Below, piece by piece: positions 48,521 through 57,481 of a stretch of DNA of 64,000 bases. Origin of the DNA: Candidatus Neomicrothrix sp. UBA2974 (GTDB lineage Bacteria > Actinomycetota > Acidimicrobiia > Acidimicrobiales > MedAcidi-G1); contig DEAU01000014.1 in NCBI GenBank assembly GCA_002348705.1, forward strand, positions 35,699-99,698, written 5' to 3'. Position numbers and translations under genes: made by a program. Below the pieces are notes generated by a model. The model searched no databases and was not told where the DNA came from. It worked only from the letters and a program-made list of their open reading frames with translations. Within the stretch, counting starts at the first letter, position 1. Each line of letters opens with the position of its first letter.

Positions 48521-49684
48521 GTGGAGAGGAGCATCCGCACCCTGATTGGTTGCGCCGGGCTGAGTGCGTCTCTTGGCACGGTCCACGCCTGGAGCCTTTT
48601 TCTCGAACCACTGGAGAACCATCTTGATGTTGGTCGCGGTTGGGTCAGTGCGGTCTACTCCGTTTGCCTGGCTGCAATCACTGCTGCAGTTCTGGTCGGA
48701 CACCGGCTGTTCACCTTGCTTCCAGGGTGGTGCGTGGTCGGTCTGTCGGCTGGGGGTGCCACTGTCGGGCTGGTCGGTGCAGCGCAGGCCAACCACTGGT
48801 GGCTCCTCGTGCTCTCCTACGGCTTGATATTCGGATTGGCGAATGGGATCGGGTACTCGTTTGCGCTCCAACGATCTTCAGAGGCAACTCCAACAGCCAG
48901 CCGCTCTCTCGCTCTCGTGACGGCCGCCTACGCCCTCGGCGCTGCCGCCGCGGCGATCGCCTTGAAGGGCCCTGTCGACGCCCATGGAGCAGCTCGGGGT
49001 TTCCTAATTCTGGCCGGTTGCGTCGGTGCCTCCGGAATCGCTGCAGCACTGCTCGTGGGAGGCACTCGATCGCCAAAACCCGATCGCCGTATCAGCGCTT
49101 CACTTGGGCTAAGCACGTCTGTGGTCCGGATCTGGGTTTCCTACGGCCTGGCAAGCCTTGCCGGCCTCACAGCCCTTGGCCATGCAGCAGCCATCGTCGA
49201 CCTAGCCGGTGGTCCGGGTGGCACCACCGTCGCCCTCACCGGCTTCGCTAGCGCAGCCGGTGGTATTGCCATGATCGCTGTGGTCCGACCATTCGGCCAA
49301 CGGATCGCTGCGTTAGTGCTTCCCTTGTCCACGGCAACTCTCTTGGCGACCGCCGCCTTGGCGGAAGGTGTTGGGTGGGTTGCTGCGACGTCCGTGATCG
49401 GCGTTGCGGCAGCCTATGGAGCCCTCATTGCCATCTACCCAGCAATCGTTCATCGACGGTTTGGTGCTCGGAATTATCCGACCGCTTACGGCCGAGTGTT
49501 CACGGCCTGGGGTCTGGCTGGACTGTTGGGCCCACTGGGCGCCGGTGCGCTATTTGATGCCTCCGGGGGATACCGACTTCCACTCTTTCTGGCGGCCATC
49601 CTCGCCATCACTTCGACTTTCGTCGCGCGTGGCACGAGTAGATGCGAAACCGAATTCGACTCAACCGAAAAGGCCTCCTTCTAG
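48521..49684 (+). CDS. MFS transporter (oxalate/formate antiporter-like)
   Basis: 387 aa, 12 hydrophobic segments. The 3' end overlaps the convergent cysteine-synthase-like gene by 24 nt. Confidence 0.8.
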   Translation: MERSIRTLIGCAGLSASLGTVHAWSLFLEPLENHLDVGRGWVSAVYSVCLAAITAAVLVGHRLFTLLPGWCVVGLSAGGATVGLVGAAQANHWWLLVLSYGLIFGLANGIGYSFALQRSSEATPTASRSLALVTAAYALGAAAAAIALKGPVDAHGAARGFLILAGCVGASGIAAALLVGGTRSPKPDRRISASLGLSTSVVRIWVSYGLASLAGLTALGHAAAIVDLAGGPGGTTVALTGFASAAGGIAMIAVVRPFGQRIAALVLPLSTATLLATAALAEGVGWVAATSVIGVAAAYGALIAIYPAIVHRRFGARNYPTAYGRVFTAWGLAGLLGPLGAGALFDASGGYRLPLFLAAILAITSTFVARGTSRCETEFDSTEKASF

Positions 49685-50596
49685 ATATTTAGCCCCGTTG
49701 TCAACTCCAAAGGTGGCTATCACAGAATCGGAGCCCTGCTCGACGGCCAAGCGCACCGCAGCCACAACGTTGAGCCCAGTGGACGTTCCGCACAACATGC
49801 CCTCCTCCGCAGCAAGACGGCGGCACATGGCGACGGCCTCGTCCTGGCCAACGGTACGGACATCAGAAATCCGCGCACGGTCGAGGAAGGGGGGAGCAAA
49901 GCCCACCCCAACGCCTTCCACGCGGTGTGGCCCACCTGTTCCGGTAGTCAGCAGCGGCGACTCGGTCGGTTCAAGCACCACCAGGTCTGGTTTGCAGTCC
50001 GCGTCCTCGAGACCGTCGATTGTGCCCATAAGCGCGCCTCCTGTGCCGACCCCGGCACACAGGACTGTCAGGCGCTCTCCGAGCACCGCAGCAATCTCGG
50101 CACCCATAGGGGCATAGCCCGGCCGAATATCCGCATTGCCGAACTGATCGGTGTACCACGAGTTTGGCTCGGCCGCCAGAGCGGTGGCCCGATCGCGCAT
50201 TCGAGCGATTAGGCCAGGGGTGATTTTTCCACCCTCACTTGGCTCTATAAGCACCTCTGCGCCATAGGCATCCATAGAGCGAAGCTTTACAGCAGCAAAC
50301 GCATCCGAACTGATGGCGGTAAACCGCAGTCCAGCACGGGCCGCTGCATAGGCGATCGCTGTGCCCGTGCTTCCTCCGGTGTACTCGACCAATCGATCAC
50401 CGGGTGCGACATCGCCTCTCTCCAGAGCCCCGCCAACAACGGCTAGAGCCATCCGGTCTTTATAGCTGCCCGTCGGATTGCCGGACTCCAGTTTCAGCCA
50501 CACCTCGCCGGCTCCGGCGGGGACAATCCGTCGGAGCCGAACCAGAGGCGTGTTTCCGACCGGGACGGTAGCGAGCGACTCTCTCCAATCGATCAT
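49661..50596 (-). CDS. PLP-dependent cysteine synthase-family enzyme (CysK/CysM-like)
   Basis: 311 aa. NTPLVRL, LESGNPTGSYKDR (PLP Lys), GVGTGGAL, TGLN motifs. Confidence 0.85.
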   Translation of the reverse strand: MIDWRESLATVPVGNTPLVRLRRIVPAGAGEVWLKLESGNPTGSYKDRMALAVVGGALERGDVAPGDRLVEYTGGSTGTAIAYAAARAGLRFTAISSDAFAAVKLRSMDAYGAEVLIEPSEGGKITPGLIARMRDRATALAAEPNSWYTDQFGNADIRPGYAPMGAEIAAVLGERLTVLCAGVGTGGALMGTIDGLEDADCKPDLVVLEPTESPLLTTGTGGPHRVEGVGVGFAPPFLDRARISDVRTVGQDEAVAMCRRLAAEEGMLCGTSTGLNVVAAVRLAVEQGSDSVIATFGVDNGAKYLEGGLFG

Positions 50597-50635
50597 CGCG
50601 TCGCCGACCTCCGTCTTCGGTGGATTGTCTAAGAG

Positions 50636-51001
50636 TCAGTAGATGGCAATCAGTTCGGCAACGACGATCAGGACTACGACGAGGGTGTTTATGGCCCGAA
50701 AGACTAGAAACGGTGCCTTGGCGAAGTTGCGACCAATGTTGCTGTTCGCTAGTTCCTCGTCCATGTCCTTGACTCCAGCACTGATGTCAGCCATAGCTCC
50801 ATCAGTCCAGATCCAAGACCAGAAAGATCCCAGAACCGCCATGGCAGCAACTGCCAACTGGACGCCCGAGTCCTCGAGACCGGAACCACCAAAGCCAAGG
50901 ATGATCAGAATCCCGGTGTGGGCCAGAACAAAGGGCAGAATTATTGCTCGGAGGTCTGCGGCTCGCCCCTGGATCGTCGGGGTGAGAAGCTCGGTTCGCA
51001 T
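50636..51001 (-). CDS. small integral membrane protein, unknown function
   Basis: 121 aa with about 3 hydrophobic helices. Upstream of and co-directional with the cysteine-synthase-like gene. Confidence 0.55.
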   Translation of the reverse strand: MRTELLTPTIQGRAADLRAIILPFVLAHTGILIILGFGGSGLEDSGVQLAVAAMAVLGSFWSWIWTDGAMADISAGVKDMDEELANSNIGRNFAKAPFLVFRAINTLVVVLIVVAELIAIY

Positions 51002-51115
51002 AGATGTGTCCTTTCGTCAGGTCGGGCCCGACGGCCCGCAGCAACTGCCAGTCAAGCACAGCCTTGGTCAATCCCTCTATAGACGCCTGTTTCCCGACCA
51101 AGTTGACTTCTCTCT

Positions 51116-51151
51116 AGGGTCAGAGCGTGGTGAAGGGTCAGAGCGTGGTAA
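51116..51151 (+). repeat. tandem 18-bp direct repeat (2 copies, 17/18 identical)
   Basis: AGGGTCAGAGCGTGGTGA (51116-51133) followed by AGGGTCAGAGCGTGGTAA (51134-51151). Each copy carries an in-frame GTG (51127, 51145) preceded by AGGG. Confidence 0.9.
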
Positions 51152-52803
51152 GTGATTCCAAGAGAAGTACGGGCGATCAATTTCATTTCTCTGCGTCGGG
51201 GCGGAAACGAAGGCTGGGCGCCTGGTACACACCGGACGACGTGGTGGGTCAACTACTGGATTTAACTCTGACACCCCTTTTGATAGAGCGTCGGGTCCTT
51301 GGATTGGACGCCGTGGCCGCCCTAAGGGTTCTCGACCCGTCGTGTGGCGACGGGGCTTTCCTAGTGGCAGCCGCCGATCGCATCTACCGGACGCTTGTCG
51401 AGATGGGCCTCGAGCACACCGAAGCTCTCCGGACGGCATATGGATGTTGCGTCGTGGGCGTAGACGTCGACCCCTTGGCGGTGGACCGGTGCCGGCATCG
51501 CCTCGGCGAAGCCGGAGCGACCGCCCCTGATAGCCGAGTCGTGGTCGCCGACGCCCTTTTGACCTCAAGCGACGAATGGTCTGACCTCCTCGAACGGTGG
51601 GATACTCCGGCAGGCGTCACGGCGGTGATTGGTAATCCGCCGTTTCTGAATCCACTGGCCGCTGACACTGCTGCTGATCCGAATCGAGCTGTCGCCCTTC
51701 GACAGCGCTTCGGTTCAGTGGCTCAGGGCTACTCAAACCCGGCCTTCATGTTCTTGGTGTTGGCTACAGAACTAGCCGCCAGTCGGAACTCTGTAGTCGC
51801 CCTCATTCAGCCGTTGTCTCTGCTGGCAACCAGAGGCTCAACCGCCAGTCGAGCTGCTGTTCTCGAGAATTGGACACTCGACACCCTTTGGGTGGCTAAC
51901 CAGCGGGTATTCGATGCCTCTGTTGACGTGTGCGCTCCAGTACTTCGCCCTCGCGGGGAGTCCGATCTCGGTTCAGGTCTAACCAAGCTTCTCGCTGGCC
52001 GATCCTTTCACCCGGTCGGGACCGTCCCCTCCCCCAGTTCGGACGACGCCACCTGGTCCCGCCTTTTGGCGACAGTCCGCGATGTGCCCGACGTACCAAT
52101 CGCCACTGACGGCATCCTCGGCGACGATGCGATCGCCACCGCTGACTTCAGGGACCAGTACTACGGACTCGACGGGCAAATAGTCGAACTGCCGAGCAGC
52201 GACCGTTCCATGCCCCGATTGCTCACCGCTGGCCTAGTCGATCCAGCACATGACCGTTGGGGGGAAACAACCACCCGGTTCCACAAGAACTCCTGGCACC
52301 ACCCTCGGGTGCGACTAGACGGGTTGTCGGACGACCTTCGTCGCTGGGTCGACAGTCGATTGGTCCCAAAGGTTGTGGTCGCCACCCAGACTCGGGTTCT
52401 CGAAGCGGTAGTCGACTCCGATGGTTCATGCCTTCCGTCTGTTCCGCTAGTCACGATTACCCCGCGATCAGACAAACCTAAAACCGACCTTTGGCATATC
52501 GCTGCCCTGCTCACCTCACCTCCAGCCACGATGGTTGCAGCACGTCGACATCTCGGTGCAGCCTTGACCACCGATGGCCTAAAACTCCGAGCCCGCGACC
52601 TGGCCGCACTTCCCCGACCTCATGACCATGCGTCCTGGCACGAGGCGGCCAAAGCGTTCCAGAGGGCTTCGGACTCCGACGATCAGACCAGACGTAAAGA
52701 AGGGTTAGTGCGGTGCGGTCGACTGATGTGCACTGCCTTCGGCGTCGCTGATTTCGAGCACCTCTTGGCTTGGTGGGTTGGGCGCCTGCCAGGCCAGAAC
52801 TGA
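51127..52803 (+). CDS. gamma-class N6-adenine DNA methyltransferase (Eco57I/TaqI-like), solitary
   Basis: 558 aa. Motif order GAWYTP (X), DPSCGDGAFL (I), VIGNPPF (IV, nt 51634-51645), then a long C-terminal target-recognition-like region. No nuclease, helicase or specificity gene adjacent. Confidence 0.8.
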   Translation: MVKGQSVVSDSKRSTGDQFHFSASGRKRRLGAWYTPDDVVGQLLDLTLTPLLIERRVLGLDAVAALRVLDPSCGDGAFLVAAADRIYRTLVEMGLEHTEALRTAYGCCVVGVDVDPLAVDRCRHRLGEAGATAPDSRVVVADALLTSSDEWSDLLERWDTPAGVTAVIGNPPFLNPLAADTAADPNRAVALRQRFGSVAQGYSNPAFMFLVLATELAASRNSVVALIQPLSLLATRGSTASRAAVLENWTLDTLWVANQRVFDASVDVCAPVLRPRGESDLGSGLTKLLAGRSFHPVGTVPSPSSDDATWSRLLATVRDVPDVPIATDGILGDDAIATADFRDQYYGLDGQIVELPSSDRSMPRLLTAGLVDPAHDRWGETTTRFHKNSWHHPRVRLDGLSDDLRRWVDSRLVPKVVVATQTRVLEAVVDSDGSCLPSVPLVTITPRSDKPKTDLWHIAALLTSPPATMVAARRHLGAALTTDGLKLRARDLAALPRPHDHASWHEAAKAFQRASDSDDQTRRKEGLVRCGRLMCTAFGVADFEHLLAWWVGRLPGQN

Positions 52804-52901
52804 TCAACGATCCAGCAGCAACTCTTACTTCTGTCAGTTGATGGCCCGACTTCCGAGATTCGTAGTCAAGGTTGCGAGCTCTGCCGACAGATTCCGATAG
52901 T

Positions 52902-53750
52902 TCAGGTCGGCCAGACGTAGGCGGAGGGCTCGGCGAGTTTCCACCCCACAGGCGAGGGACCGTCAAATATCTCCACCAAGAGTGGGTGGCAGATAGCTGT
53001 GTCAGACGAGTGTTCATCACCACAGTCGCCCCCCGGACAAGCCGAAAGAACGCCAACCAAGTCGACGTCGGCTAGGAACTCCAGGTAATCGCCAGGTCGC
53101 GCTGGACTGGCCTTCATGAAGTACTGGTGCGTGTCGCGTGTGAACCCCGTACACATGAAAACGTTCAGCACGTCGTGGACAAGCAACTCGACCTCGTGCT
53201 CTGGCCGGGCCGCGTAATTGGCTAAGGCACGGGTCAAGTTGGAATGACAACAGTGGTGATAATCGTCACCGGTCAACAGTTGATGGGTGTAGGGGTCGCA
53301 GCGAGTACCGATCACGTCGTGCACACCTCCGCCGTCGGAGTCGTAGCCATACCAGTCGAGAGTGTCATCAGTGATGGTGGCCAAAGAACGAAGATGAGGG
53401 AGCGTGCTCCACATCCGATCACCCGTTGACAAGTGGGTCCCGTGTAGAGCCCGTGTCTTACCAGAAAAAAACCGCTCGGTGAGGTCGCCGGCGTTGTGTA
53501 GGTTCAGGTCTCCGACCTGTGCTCCCTCCACACTGATGATTCGGAAGAACTGTCCGGCAGGTACTTGAAAGACGCGTGCGTCGCGTGGTGGAACGAGCAC
53601 CTCACCAACCTTCGTCCGGGCGGCTCGGGCCGACTCAACGGCACTCCGATCCAAGATCGGAATCACTTCAGGTGGATAACACACCACCGGTCGGGCTGAG
53701 ACGCGCTCCGCGGCATCAACTGGGGCGGAATGGAGGGGCGGTGGCTTCAC
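52902..53750 (-). CDS. DUF1989 / urea-carboxylase-associated family protein
   Basis: 282 aa. VPPRDARVFQVPAGQFFRIISVEGAQVGDLNLHN is the typical DUF1989 core. Confidence 0.7.
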   Translation of the reverse strand: MKPPPLHSAPVDAAERVSARPVVCYPPEVIPILDRSAVESARAARTKVGEVLVPPRDARVFQVPAGQFFRIISVEGAQVGDLNLHNAGDLTERFFSGKTRALHGTHLSTGDRMWSTLPHLRSLATITDDTLDWYGYDSDGGGVHDVIGTRCDPYTHQLLTGDDYHHCCHSNLTRALANYAARPEHEVELLVHDVLNVFMCTGFTRDTHQYFMKASPARPGDYLEFLADVDLVGVLSACPGGDCGDEHSSDTAICHPLLVEIFDGPSPVGWKLAEPSAYVWPT

Positions 53751-53761
53751 GCTCCATAAGG

Positions 53762-53800
53762 CTAGGCGTCACCGAACTGCAGTTCCCTCACAGCGCCTAG
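53762..53800. promoter_or_regulatory. nested palindrome in divergent promoter region
   Basis: CTAGGCG (53762-68) pairs with CGCCTAG (53794-800), enclosing the perfect 12-nt palindrome GAACTGCAGTTC (53774-85). Lies 12-50 nt upstream of the DUF1989 start. Confidence 0.3.
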
Positions 53801-53916
53801 CATTCTTCGCCGAACAGGAAGTGCGCGCCACCTGGTCGAGTGTCGAATCCGAAACAGCTTTCGCTTAGGGATGTCGGCGCTAGTCTCGTCTTCGTTCCAA
53901 ACAGGCAGGTAGGGAT

Positions 53917-54630
53917 GTGAAGCTCAACGTTCTTCTGGGGACGGGGCTTGCAAGACGAGCGAAAGACGCCGCTCTCAACGGTTGGACCACTCCCTTTCTC
54001 TTCGCAATTCTCGCAGTTCTCGTCACGCTTGTGGTTAGACGTGACGGTCCTGTGGTTGGAGAAGTCGGTCTTACTCTCTGGATGCATCGAAATTCGCCAG
54101 CGCCGATTGACTTTCTCGGCGAAGTGCTTGACCCGATGGTTACCGACGTGACCGCACCGATCCTCTTCGCCGCCATCTGTCTCCTAGTCGGATGGCGGTG
54201 GGGCCGACACGCCGCCACGGTGCTGGGTCTAGCGGGAGCATTTACCGCCCTCACTCGCATCGGCGACATCGTTGAGCGACCGCGGCCGACCTCTTCTGGC
54301 ACCTGGGCCGACTACGCGTTCGGCAACGGCGGCTACCCGAGCGGTCACGTAGTTTTCACCGTTCTGATCCTTGGGACGCTGGCTCTTCTAGCAAGACGCC
54401 ACTCGACGGATTCCGTCGCCCGGTATTTGAAACTCTTCGGAGTCGTTGTCCTAATTGTCACCTCGTGGACCAGGATCAGCCTTTTAAAGCATTGGCCCCT
54501 CGACGTGATCGGCGCATTCCTGATGGCTTCATTCACGTTCTGTCTCGTTCTCAGAATCGAGCGGTCGATCGACGTCGCCACAATTGGGCGTCCCGGCCTT
54601 CGCCGACTGCTTGGACTCCCGGTGGCCTAA
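53917..54630 (+). CDS. PAP2-family phosphatase (membrane)
   Basis: 237 aa, multi-TM. PAP2 motifs DIVERPRP, YPSGH, SWTRISLLKHWPLDV. Confidence 0.8.
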   Translation: MKLNVLLGTGLARRAKDAALNGWTTPFLFAILAVLVTLVVRRDGPVVGEVGLTLWMHRNSPAPIDFLGEVLDPMVTDVTAPILFAAICLLVGWRWGRHAATVLGLAGAFTALTRIGDIVERPRPTSSGTWADYAFGNGGYPSGHVVFTVLILGTLALLARRHSTDSVARYLKLFGVVVLIVTSWTRISLLKHWPLDVIGAFLMASFTFCLVLRIERSIDVATIGRPGLRRLLGLPVA

Positions 54631-54664
54631 AACCGCGCTATTTGCCAGTTTCCGTGCGACTTGG

Positions 54665-56953
54665 TCACGTGGATGAAGACATTCCTTGTGACCCGGACAG
54701 GGCGCGCCAGACCTGTTCAGCAGTGACCGGGATATCAACGTGTCGAACCCCGAAGTGTGAGAGAGCGTCAACCACTGCATTTTGGACCGCAGGCGTAGCT
54801 CCGATTGTGCCTGCCTCACCGATGCCCTTAACACCCAGTGGGTTAAGTGTCGTCGGGGTGACCTGCTCGATTCTCTCAAAGTAGGGGAATTCAGCCGCAG
54901 ATGGGATTCCGTAATCCGCGAAGTTCCCAGTCAACGGTGTTCCATCGTCGGTGTAACGGAACTCCTCGAGGAGGGCGTGAGCGATACCGCCTGCTACTCC
55001 ACCGTGTACCTGCCCATCGACAACCGCCGGGTTCACGATGACGCCAGCATCGTCACAGGAAACGTGACGCAGCACCGTGACACCCCCGGTTTCGCGGTCG
55101 ACTTCGACCACGCTGGCATGCGCGCCGAACGGGAATGTGGCGTTGTCCGACTTGAAGTCCGCCTCTGCTTCCAATGAGAGACCCCTCTCGCCAGCAGCGG
55201 CGGCCACTTCGTGCCAGTCGAGACGCACGGACGGTGAGCCAACCACTGTGAAGCCGCCAGTCTCCATGTCGAGTAGTACGTCCTCATGGCTGGCCTCCAG
55301 CAGATCAGCAGCCAGTCGACGAGCCTCATCGACCACCGCCTCTCCGGCCTTGAGGATGGCCGAACCTCCCACCTGTAGGGAGCGGGAACCTCCTGTCCCG
55401 CCGCCGCGAGCTACTTCATCCGTATCTCCGTGCCGAACCTCTATCCGATCGAAAGGGATGCCAAGCACGTCGGCGGCCACTTGCGCATAGGTGGTGTGGT
55501 GTCCCTGCCCGTGGGCGGACGATCCCGTCAGGACCAACGCTGTGCCGTCAGGCCGGATGGCCACACTGCCAAACTCCGAGGATTGCAACGGGTTCGTGAT
55601 TTCCACGTAGGCAGAAAATCCAATTCCCAAGAGCGGTGACGTTTCATCATCCCTGCGTCGGTCCTGGTCGGCCCGAAGGGCTTTGAGGTCAAGAGCTTCG
55701 ATAACCCTATTAAGCGCAGTCTGATAATCGCCGCTGTCGTACTCTTGACCGGAGGGCGTGGTGTACGGAAATGCATCTGGCGAGACAAGGTTTCGGCCTC
55801 TCAACTCGGCTGGATCCATTCCGATCTCTGCTGCGTAGACGTCGACGATGCGCTCGATGCCATGCGTGGCTTCAGGGCGACCGGCTCCTCGATAGGCGCC
55901 CATCGGGACGGTGTTGGTAACCCATGATGAGGCCGTGAATTCGATGCGTTGGATCGTGTAGGGACCGGTGGCCATGGCCTGACCGAATACAGGAAGAAAA
56001 GCTCCGATAGCTGGATAGGCACCAGCGTCCTGGTCCATGTGGAGCCGATAGGCAACCAAATTTCCACTTCGATCGCCTCCGAGCGTGGCTGTCATCGTGA
56101 GACCACGACCGTGCGCTAGGCCCAGCATTGATTCGCTGCGGGATTCCACCCAACAGACGGGACGCCCAAGACGGCGGGAAATTAGGGCAACAACTACATC
56201 CTCGGGGTAACTGCCGCTTTTGGCACCAAAACCGCCACCGACCTCAGGAGTGATGACACGAACATCCTCAGTTTCAACCCCACAAGCTGCGGCCAGGGTG
56301 TCGCGGGCCCGATGCGGAAATTGTGTGCATGACCACTGGGTCAGACGTAGACCTCCTCCGTCGTCGTCCCACCGGGCCACCGTCGCCCGAGGTTCGATCG
56401 GCGCGGCACTGAGGCGAGGATTCTCGAATACTTGCTCAACGACCACCTCGCATCCAGCAAAGAATGCTGGGTCAGGCTCATCTCCCATCGTGAAGCAGCA
56501 GTTCCCATCAGTATCCGGATGCAGCACCACATCCCCGCGTCGAGCGGCATCGAAACCGATTACAGCTGCTAAGGGCTCGACGTCAACCGCTACAAGTTCG
56601 GCTGCATCGGCTGCCTCCGCAGCCGATTCTGCGACGACTACGGCGACCGGCTCACCGACATAGCGCACCCGGTCAGTAGCAAGCGATGTCCGCCGCATCG
56701 ACTGGTTCAGGGCCGGCAGGGTTGGTGGTTCAGGCTGGAGATCTAGGTCGGCAGCGGTTAGGACGGCAATCACTCCTGGTCCACGAACTGCCTCTTCAGT
56801 GTCCACGCTAATTAGGCGACCATGAGCAACTGTCGATCGTACGAAAGTCGCAGTCAGGGCTCCCTCTGGGATGAGGTCAGCGACGTAGCTACCCGCCCCG
56901 ACGAGAAGTGGCCGGTCTTCGGTCCGTCGGACTGGTTGGCCTAGGAGTCCCAT
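54665..56953 (-). CDS. molybdopterin-binding large subunit of the xanthine dehydrogenase/CO dehydrogenase family (form-II CoxL-like)
   Basis: 762 aa. Aldehyde oxidase/XDH a/b-hammerhead and MoCo domains. Active-site loop AYRGAGR (form-II CoxL signature). No adjacent FeS (CoxS) or FAD (CoxM) subunit genes. Confidence 0.88.
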   Translation of the reverse strand: MGLLGQPVRRTEDRPLLVGAGSYVADLIPEGALTATFVRSTVAHGRLISVDTEEAVRGPGVIAVLTAADLDLQPEPPTLPALNQSMRRTSLATDRVRYVGEPVAVVVAESAAEAADAAELVAVDVEPLAAVIGFDAARRGDVVLHPDTDGNCCFTMGDEPDPAFFAGCEVVVEQVFENPRLSAAPIEPRATVARWDDDGGGLRLTQWSCTQFPHRARDTLAAACGVETEDVRVITPEVGGGFGAKSGSYPEDVVVALISRRLGRPVCWVESRSESMLGLAHGRGLTMTATLGGDRSGNLVAYRLHMDQDAGAYPAIGAFLPVFGQAMATGPYTIQRIEFTASSWVTNTVPMGAYRGAGRPEATHGIERIVDVYAAEIGMDPAELRGRNLVSPDAFPYTTPSGQEYDSGDYQTALNRVIEALDLKALRADQDRRRDDETSPLLGIGFSAYVEITNPLQSSEFGSVAIRPDGTALVLTGSSAHGQGHHTTYAQVAADVLGIPFDRIEVRHGDTDEVARGGGTGGSRSLQVGGSAILKAGEAVVDEARRLAADLLEASHEDVLLDMETGGFTVVGSPSVRLDWHEVAAAAGERGLSLEAEADFKSDNATFPFGAHASVVEVDRETGGVTVLRHVSCDDAGVIVNPAVVDGQVHGGVAGGIAHALLEEFRYTDDGTPLTGNFADYGIPSAAEFPYFERIEQVTPTTLNPLGVKGIGEAGTIGATPAVQNAVVDALSHFGVRHVDIPVTAEQVWRALSGSQGMSSST

Positions 56954-56965
56954 GCCGCTGGCCCC

Positions 56966-57481
56966 TCAGGCCCCAACTGGATCCGACGAAGATGCGCTAC
57001 CGACGGGCCGGGCCTCGCTGAACTCATCCACGATCCACCTAGTGGCAGGCGAGTAGACGTCAATGAACACCGCTGGCTCGTCACCTAGCACCTCGCCACC
57101 GTGTGGTGCATCGCTCGGTGCATACCAGCCGTCCCCGGGCCCTATCTCGCGAGATTCGTCTCCTACGGTCAGACGTAGGCGCCCCGACAGAAGCAGACTG
57201 AACTGCTCGTAAGGGTGACTATGCATCGCATACGGGGTCCCGGGTGGATATGTGGCACGGATCAAATGCATGTTCTCCCCGCTGAGTATCTGACCCTCGA
57301 ACCCACCGTCGTACCAGCTGAAGCGGTCAACTTCACTCCATGAGAAGATCCGCCGGTTTGTAGTCTGAACCCCATACTCGTTCGTCTTCCCCTGAGCCAT
57401 GACTTCACTCTCCCGGTCGCGGTGCGTCGTCTCATGGGTTCGATCCGCGCTGGATGGCGCGGCTTCGTTCCCAGTATTCAT
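56966..57481 (-). CDS. cupin-domain protein
   Basis: ORF 171 aa. ATG 57400 (MAQGKTNEY) is preceded by GGGAGAG and is the likelier start. Cupin motifs AMHSHPYEQFSLLLSG ... GDGWYAPSDAPHGG. Confidence 0.7.
   Translation of the reverse strand: MNTGNEAAPSSADRTHETTHRDRESEVMAQGKTNEYGVQTTNRRIFSWSEVDRFSWYDGGFEGQILSGENMHLIRATYPPGTPYAMHSHPYEQFSLLLSGRLRLTVGDESREIGPGDGWYAPSDAPHGGEVLGDEPAVFIDVYSPATRWIVDEFSEARPVGSASSSDPVGA

Noticed and set aside
57436-57450. tRNA T-loop-like GGTTCGATCC
   Set aside because: The flanks do not form a T-stem, and no acceptor or anticodon arm is present. It lies at the 4-nt junction of the sulfatase-fusion stop and the longest cupin ORF model, inside that model's N-terminal codons and upstream of the preferred ATG 57400. 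No tRNA, rRNA or other RNA gene was recognised in the window.
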